Shown here piece after piece: positions 23,765 to 29,228 of a stretch of 29,228 bases of DNA. Below the pieces are notes generated by a model that was not told the DNA's origin, ran no database searches, and saw nothing but the letters and a program-made list of their open reading frames with translations. A program made the position numbers and the translations under genes. Position 1 is the first letter of the stretch; each line of letters opens with the position of its first letter. The stretch covers positions 1-29,228 of the forward strand of contig JBGQHJ010000051.1 in NCBI GenBank assembly GCA_041497895.1. The letters are read 5' to 3'. This stretch comes from Candidatus Methylomirabilia bacterium. Its GTDB lineage: Bacteria; Methylomirabilota; Methylomirabilia; Rokubacteriales; CSP1-6.

Positions 23765-25981
23765 GTGACGACAGCGACGGTGGCGGGCTCGGCAATGCGG
23801 AACGAGCGGATGGAGCAGTTCGTGTACGACGACGCGGTGGTGAGGCTGTTCCTGCTCGCGACGCTCGTCTGGGGGCTGGTGGGCATGCTGGTGGGCATCG
23901 TGATCGCGCTCGAGCTCGCCAACCCGGTCTTCAATCTCGGGCTGCCGTGGATCAGCTTCGGGCGGCTGCGCCCGCTGCACACGAACGCGGTCATCTTCGC
24001 CTTCGCGGGCAACGCGATCTTCACCGGCGTCTACTACTCGACCCAGCGCCTGCTCAAGGCCCGCATGTGGAGCGACGGGCTGAGCCGGCTGCACTTCTGG
24101 GGCTGGCAGGCCATCATCGTGTCGGCCGCGCTGACGCTGCCGCTCGGCATCACCCAGTCCAAGGAGTACGCCGAGCTCGAGTGGCCGATCGACATCGCGA
24201 TCGCGCTGGTGTGGGTCGTCTTCGCGGTCAACGTCTTCGGCACCATCGTGCGCCGCCGCGAGCGGCACCTCTACGTGGCGATCTGGTTCTACATCGCGAC
24301 CCTGGTGGCCATCGCGGTGCTGCACATCTTCAACAACCTGGTGGTGGTGGCGGGGCCCTTCAAGAGCTACTCGATCTACGCGGGGGTGCAGGACGCGTTC
24401 ATGCAGTGGTGGTACGGGCACAACGCGGTGGCCTTCTTCCTGACCACCCCGTTCCTCGGAATGATGTACTACTTCCTGCCCAAGGCGGCCGACCGGCCGA
24501 TCTTCTCCTACCGCCTCTCGATCCTGCACTTCTGGACGCTGGTGTTCATCTACATCTGGGCCGGCCCGCACCACCTGCACTACACCGCGCTCCCCGCGTG
24601 GGCCTCCACCCTGGGCATGCTCTTCTCGGTGATGCTCTGGATGCCCTCGTGGGGCGGCATGGTCAACGGCCTGCTCACCCTGCGCGGGGCGTGGCACAAG
24701 GTGACCGAGGACCCGGTGCTGAAGTTCTTCGTGGTCGCGGTCACCTTCTACGGCATGTCGACCTTCGAGGGCCCCCTGCTCTCGATCAAGAGCGTCAACG
24801 CGCTCTCGCACTACACCGACTGGACCATCGCCCACGTCCACGCGGGCGCGCTCGGCTGGGTCGGCTTCATGGTGTTCGGGATGGTGTACTGGCTACTGCC
24901 GCGGCTCTTCCAGACCGATCTCTGGAGCAAGCGGCTCGCCGAGCTGCACTTCTGGATCGCCACCGTGGGCATCCTGCTCTACATCGTGGCGATCTACGCG
25001 GCCGGCCTCACCCAGGGCCTCATGTGGCGCGCCTTCGACGAGACCGGGCGGCTCGCCTATCCCGACTTCATCGAGACCACGGTGCGGCTGCTCCCGATGT
25101 ACTGGGTGCGCGTGGTGGGCGGCGTGCTCTACATCGCGGGCATGGTCCTCTGCGGGGTCAACGCGCTGATGACGTGGCGCCACGGCCCCGCGCGCTACGC
25201 GGAGCCGGTCCACGAGGCCCCCGCGCTCCGGCCGCTCCCGGCGGAGGCCGCTCCCGGCGGGTTCAAACACGCGGCGTGGCATCGCCGCTGGGAGGGCCTG
25301 CCGCTGACCTTCTCGGTGTGGGTGGCGGTCGCGGTGGTCACCGCCTCGCTCTTCGAGATCGTGCCGATGTTCCTGATCGGCTCCAACGTACCCACCATCC
25401 AGTCGGTGCATCCCTACACCCCGCTCGAGCTGGCCGGCCGGGACGTCTACGTGGCCGAGGGCTGCAACAACTGCCACTCGCAGATGATCCGGCCGATCCG
25501 GGCCGAGACGATGCGCTACGGCGAGTACAGCAAGCCGGGCGAGTTCGTGTACGACCACCCGTTCCTCTGGGGCTCGCGCCGCATCGGGCCGGACCTGGCG
25601 CGGGTGGGCGGCAAGTACCCCGACCTCTGGCACGTGCGGCACATGGAGGACCCGCGCTCGACCACGCCGCAGTCGATCATGCCGGCGTACCCGTGGCTGG
25701 CGCGCACGCCGATCGAGTGGTCGGCGGTGGAGCGGGGGGTCGCGGCCCAGGTGACCCTCGGCGTGCCCTACACGCGCGAGGAGGTGACCGGCGCGGCGAC
25801 CCTGGCGCGGGCGCAGGCCAAGCAGATCGCGGCGGCCATCGCCCAGCAGGGCGGGCCGGCCGGGCTCGAGGAGACGGAGCTGGTGGCGCTGGTGTCCTAC
25901 CTCCAGCGCCTGGGAACCGACATCAAGAAGTCGCCCACGACGGCCGCGGCCGCGATGGGCGGGGAGAGGACGGGGCGATGA
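23765..25981 (+). CDS. ccoNO: cbb3-type cytochrome c oxidase fused subunits I/II (CcoN-CcoO)
   Basis: SD AAGGAG, GTG 23765 (alternatives ATG 23795, 23810); [32 protein letters not shown]-terminal [29 protein letters not shown] in one reading frame. Confidence 0.97.
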   Translation: MTTATVAGSAMRNERMEQFVYDDAVVRLFLLATLVWGLVGMLVGIVIALELANPVFNLGLPWISFGRLRPLHTNAVIFAFAGNAIFTGVYYSTQRLLKARMWSDGLSRLHFWGWQAIIVSAALTLPLGITQSKEYAELEWPIDIAIALVWVVFAVNVFGTIVRRRERHLYVAIWFYIATLVAIAVLHIFNNLVVVAGPFKSYSIYAGVQDAFMQWWYGHNAVAFFLTTPFLGMMYYFLPKAADRPIFSYRLSILHFWTLVFIYIWAGPHHLHYTALPAWASTLGMLFSVMLWMPSWGGMVNGLLTLRGAWHKVTEDPVLKFFVVAVTFYGMSTFEGPLLSIKSVNALSHYTDWTIAHVHAGALGWVGFMVFGMVYWLLPRLFQTDLWSKRLAELHFWIATVGILLYIVAIYAAGLTQGLMWRAFDETGRLAYPDFIETTVRLLPMYWVRVVGGVLYIAGMVLCGVNALMTWRHGPARYAEPVHEAPALRPLPAEAAPGGFKHAAWHRRWEGLPLTFSVWVAVAVVTASLFEIVPMFLIGSNVPTIQSVHPYTPLELAGRDVYVAEGCNNCHSQMIRPIRAETMRYGEYSKPGEFVYDHPFLWGSRRIGPDLARVGGKYPDLWHVRHMEDPRSTTPQSIMPAYPWLARTPIEWSAVERGVAAQVTLGVPYTREEVTGAATLARAQAKQIAAAIAQQGGPAGLEETELVALVSYLQRLGTDIKKSPTTAAAAMGGERTGR

Positions 25982-26172
25982 AGCTCGCCGACGTCGTGAG
26001 CGCCATGCACTTCAACCTGTTTGCCCAGATCGCCCTGGCCATCGCGCTGATGGGCTTCGCCACGGTGGTAGTCAGCGTGTTCCTCGCGCGCAATCGCGAG
26101 CCGTTCCGGCAGGCGAGCCTGCTGCCGCTCGCCGACGATCGGCCCGTCGAGACCCCGGGAGGCCGCGCATGA
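25978..26172 (+). CDS. ccoQ: CcoQ-like small subunit
   Basis: 64 aa, single [11 protein letters not shown] motif; ATGA overlaps on both sides between ccoNO and ccoP. Confidence 0.8.
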   Translation: MKLADVVSAMHFNLFAQIALAIALMGFATVVVSVFLARNREPFRQASLLPLADDRPVETPGGRA

Positions 26173-26774
26173 GCCCGACCGAGCGCGATCGGCTGCTCGA
26201 GCACGACTACGACGGGATCAAGGAGTACGACAATCCCCTGCCGAGCTGGTGGTCCTGGATCTTCGTGGCCACCATCGTGTTCTCGCTCGGCTACTGGGGC
26301 TACTACCAGGTCGGCCCCGGACCGTCGCTGATCGCGGAGTACGAGCAGGAGATGAGCGAGCAGGCCGCGCGCCTGGCCAAGCTCGCCCCCGCCGCGAGCG
26401 CCGGGGCGAGCGAGGAGTCCCTGCGCGCGCTCATGAAGGACGGGAAGAGCATGGCCTCCGCCAAGGAGATCTTCACGACCCGCTGCGTACCGTGCCACGG
26501 CCCGCAGGGCCAGGGCATCATCGGCCCGAACCTGACCGACGACTACTGGCTGCACGGCAGCACGCTCGTGGCGATCCGCAAGACCATCAGCGACGGCGTG
26601 ATCGAGAAGGGCATGATCCCGTGGAAGGACCAGCTCAAGCCCGACGAGGTCGACGCGATGGCGGCCTACGTGGCCACCCTGCGCGGGACCAACCCGCCGA
26701 ACCCGAAGCCGCCCCAGGGCGTCAACGGCAAGGGCGAGGTCGCGCCGGAAGCCCCGGCGGCCGCGAGCAAGTAG
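26169..26774 (+). CDS. ccoP: cbb3 oxidase subunit III (CcoP), monoheme
   Basis: HDYDGIKEYDNPLPSWW, single CVPCH, GPNLTDDYWLHG, GMIPW. Confidence 0.95.
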   Translation: MSPTERDRLLEHDYDGIKEYDNPLPSWWSWIFVATIVFSLGYWGYYQVGPGPSLIAEYEQEMSEQAARLAKLAPAASAGASEESLRALMKDGKSMASAKEIFTTRCVPCHGPQGQGIIGPNLTDDYWLHGSTLVAIRKTISDGVIEKGMIPWKDQLKPDEVDAMAAYVATLRGTNPPNPKPPQGVNGKGEVAPEAPAAASK

Positions 26775-26781
26775 GGACACC

Positions 26782-28251
26782 ATGTCGCTGCCCGCGCCGG
26801 CCCAGGGCCGCGTGCTCCCGACGCTCAATCCCGACGGCACGCGCCGGTGGCTCCGGCCCCGCCTCTTCGCCGGCCGTTTCTTCAAGCGGCGGCGGGCCCT
26901 CGCGTGGGCCCTGATCGCGCTGTTCACCGCGATCCCGTACCTTCGGATGAACGGCCGCCCGCTCATCCTGCTGGACGTGATCCACCGCGAGTTCACGCTG
27001 TTCGGGGCCACCTTCCTGCCCACCGACAGCGTGCTGCTGATGCTGCTGCTGGTTGGCCTCTTCCTCGCGGTCTTCCTGATCACCGCCACCTACGGCCGCG
27101 TGTGGTGCGGCTGGGCGTGCCCGCAGACGGTCTACATGGAGTTCCTGTACCGGCCCATCGAGCGCCTGATCGAGGGCCCCGCGCGCGCCCAGGAGGCGCT
27201 GGACGGCCGCCCGCTCCATCCGCGTCGCGTGCTCAAGTACGCGGTGTTCCTTGGGCTCAGCATGTTCCTGGCCCACACCTTCCTGGCCTACTTCGTCGGG
27301 GTGAGCGCGCTCGCCCACTGGGTGACCCGGTCGCCATTCGAGCACCCGGTGGCGTTCCTGGTGATGGCGGGCACCACCGCGCTGATGATGCTCGACTTCG
27401 GGGTGATGCGTGAGCAGATCTGCATGGTGGCGTGCCCGTACGGACGCTTCCAGTCGGTGCTGCTGGACCGGCGCTCGCTCATCGTGGGCTACGACGCCCG
27501 CCGCGGCGAGCCGCGCGGCCACCTGCCCGGGGGGCGGCTCGCGGTGGTGGCCGAGCCGGCCCACCTGGGCGACTGCATCGACTGCGGGGCGTGCGTCACC
27601 TGCTGCCCCACCGGCATCGACATCCGCGACGGCCTCCAGATGGAGTGCATCCACTGCACCCAGTGCATGGACGCGTGCGACTCCATCATGGACGGCATCG
27701 GGCGCCCGCGCGGCCTCATCCGCTACAGCTCGCGCGACGAGCTGGCGGGCCAGCCGCGGCGGATGCTGCGGCCGCGCGTGGTCATCTACCCGCTGCTGCT
27801 GGCGGTGGTGTGGGGCGCGCTCACCTACGCGCTGCTGCACCGCGCGCCCGCCGACGTGACGGTGCTGCGCGGCATCGGCAGCCCGTTCACGGTGACGCCC
27901 TCGGGCATGGTCATGAACCAGATCCGCGTCAAGATCGTGAACCGCGACTCGGTGGATCGGCGGTACCAGGTGGACCTGGTCGAGCCGGCCGGCGCGCCGG
28001 CGACGCTCGGGCTCGTCGCCCCGGAGAACCCGCTGCCGGTCCCCGCGGGCAAGTCGGCGACCGCCCCGTTCTTCGTCACCGCCCCGCGCGCCGCCTTCGA
28101 CGAGGGGCGCCGCGAGGTGCGGCTCCGGGTCGACAACGGGGCGGGCTGGAGCACGGTGATGCCCTACCGGCTGCTCGGCCCGGGGGACGACGACGACCAC
28201 GAGCACAAGCGCAAGGACAAGAGTGAGCACGAGGCCGAGCGTGGCCGCTAA
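26782..28251 (+). CDS. ccoG: Cytochrome c oxidase accessory protein CcoG/FixG
   Basis: GRVWCGWACPQTV, REQICMVACPYGRFQS, CIDCGACVTCCPTGIDIR, CIHCTQCMDAC. Confidence 0.96.
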   Translation: MSLPAPAQGRVLPTLNPDGTRRWLRPRLFAGRFFKRRRALAWALIALFTAIPYLRMNGRPLILLDVIHREFTLFGATFLPTDSVLLMLLLVGLFLAVFLITATYGRVWCGWACPQTVYMEFLYRPIERLIEGPARAQEALDGRPLHPRRVLKYAVFLGLSMFLAHTFLAYFVGVSALAHWVTRSPFEHPVAFLVMAGTTALMMLDFGVMREQICMVACPYGRFQSVLLDRRSLIVGYDARRGEPRGHLPGGRLAVVAEPAHLGDCIDCGACVTCCPTGIDIRDGLQMECIHCTQCMDACDSIMDGIGRPRGLIRYSSRDELAGQPRRMLRPRVVIYPLLLAVVWGALTYALLHRAPADVTVLRGIGSPFTVTPSGMVMNQIRVKIVNRDSVDRRYQVDLVEPAGAPATLGLVAPENPLPVPAGKSATAPFFVTAPRAAFDEGRREVRLRVDNGAGWSTVMPYRLLGPGDDDDHEHKRKDKSEHEAERGR

Positions 28252-28726
28252 GGGCTGGTACTGGCCGGTGGTGATCGTGGGCCTGCTGGTCGGCGGAGCG
28301 GCGGCCAACATCGGCTTCATGATCGTGGCCAACCGCGACGCGACGTTCGCGGTCGAGCCCGACTACTACCGCAAGGCGGTGGAGTGGGATCGGACCATGG
28401 CCCAGGAGGCGCGCAACGTCGAGCTCGGCTGGGGGGTCTCGGCGCAGCTCGAGCCGGTCGAGGGCGGGCGCGCGCGGCTCGTGGCCCGGGTCGCCGACCG
28501 GGAGGGGCGCCCGGTGACCGACGCGGCGGTCGTGGTCGAGGCGTTCCCGAGCGCGCGGGCCCGCGACATCGCGAGCTTCACGCTGGCCCCCGCCGGGCCC
28601 GCCGGCGCCTACGCGGCGACGCTGGCGCATGGGCGGCCCGGGCTCTGGGAGCTGCGGGTGCGCGTGACGCGCGGGGGGGACGTCTTCACGCGGACACTCA
28701 GCCAGGACCTGGCCGCCGCCCGATGA
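28223..28726 (+). CDS. ccoH: FixH/CcoH-family protein
   Basis: WPVVIVGLL TM segment, VEPDYYRKAVEWD, LGW, GLWELRV; position after ccoG. Confidence 0.85.
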   Translation: MSTRPSVAAKGWYWPVVIVGLLVGGAAANIGFMIVANRDATFAVEPDYYRKAVEWDRTMAQEARNVELGWGVSAQLEPVEGGRARLVARVADREGRPVTDAAVVVEAFPSARARDIASFTLAPAGPAGAYAATLAHGRPGLWELRVRVTRGGDVFTRTLSQDLAAAR

Positions 28727-29228
28727 CGGCGCTGATCGCGACCGTCCTCGGCGCGAGCCTGCTCGGCAGCGCCCACTGCGCCGGGATGTGCGGCGGCTTC
28801 GTGGCCTTCTACGCGGGCGGCGCCGCCTCGCTGCGCGGGCGCGGGGCGTGGTGGTGTCACCTGGCCTACAACGGTGGGCGGCTCGCGGCCTACGCCGTGC
28901 TGGGCGGCGCGGCCGGCCTGCTCGGCGCCGCGCTCGACACCACCGGCGGCGTGCTCCTCGGCGTGCAGCGGACCACCGCCATCGTCTCCGGCGTCCTGAT
29001 CACGCTCTGGGGCGTGCACACGCTCCTCGAGGCGCTCGGCGTGCGCACGATGCGGCTCGGCGCGCCCCGCGCGCTCCGCTCGCTGGCGGGCCGCGGCATC
29101 GGCGCGATCGCGGAGGCGCCGCCGCTGCTCCGCGCGCTCGCGGTCGGCCTGGCCACCGGCCTCCTGCCCTGTGGCTGGCTCTACGCGTTCCTGGTCACCG
29201 CGGCGGGCACCGGCAGCGCGCTCGGCGG
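28723..29228 (+). CDS. TauE/SafE (DsbD_2-type) membrane protein of cbb3 assembly clusters, 3' truncated at window edge
   Basis: Not in the ORF track (no stop). ATGA overlap; MTALIATVLGASLLGSAHCAGMCGGF, YNGGRLAAY, GLLPCGWLY. Confidence 0.9.
   Translation, partial: MTALIATVLGASLLGSAHCAGMCGGFVAFYAGGAASLRGRGAWWCHLAYNGGRLAAYAVLGGAAGLLGAALDTTGGVLLGVQRTTAIVSGVLITLWGVHTLLEALGVRTMRLGAPRALRSLAGRGIGAIAEAPPLLRALAVGLATGLLPCGWLYAFLVTAAGTGSALG

Noticed and set aside
105..29156. Many long alternative-frame and antisense ORFs (e.g. 1728-3632 minus, 12769-14505 minus, 18915-21392 minus, 23746-25977 plus, 26722-28332 minus)
   Set aside because: Arg/Gly/Pro/Ala-rich shadow ORFs expected from stop-codon scarcity in high-GC DNA; they overlap genes with clear family motifs.
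1..29228. CRISPR array, tRNA/rRNA genes, IS elements, prophage genes
   Set aside because: No regularly spaced repeats, cloverleaf signatures, transposase, integrase or phage motifs were seen by eye; intergenic spaces are mostly too short.

Overview
Gene-dense, very GC-rich bacterial chromosomal segment. The gene mix (orphan 'KVPRVG'-type ABC solute-binding protein, several LLM oxidoreductases) suggests Candidatus Rokubacteria/Methylomirabilota, but that is inference only. In order: MoxR AAA+ / DUF58 / transglutaminase triad (5' truncated); CoA-binding protein; PduO-GNAT-GGT operon; a ~0.85 kb atypical insert with two small minus-strand genes that share a coiled coil, one carrying a winged-HTH; ArsB/NhaD-type transporter plus ATP-dependent DNA ligase; MesD-type core methionine synthase plus SAM methyltransferase; lipoprotein-HAD-LLM; a string of small accessory genes including a lower-GC patch with a half-degraded integron attC-like site; a secreted acetamidase/formamidase coupled to a metal ABC binding protein and extended permease with no ATPase; and a cbb3 oxidase operon (fused ccoNO, ccoQ, monoheme ccoP, ccoG, ccoH, TauE/DsbD-like, 3' truncated) behind a consensus sigma-54 promoter. 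I found no tRNA, rRNA, CRISPR array, transposase or recognisable defence system. Best candidates for something undescribed: (1) the coiled-coil + wHTH gene and its truncated coiled-coil-only neighbour, resembling a silencer/anti-silencer pair; (2) MesD without an adjacent MesX, coupled instead to a methyltransferase; (3) the ATPase-less metal transporter / secreted amidase operon. All assignments come from motif recognition by eye; no searches were run.
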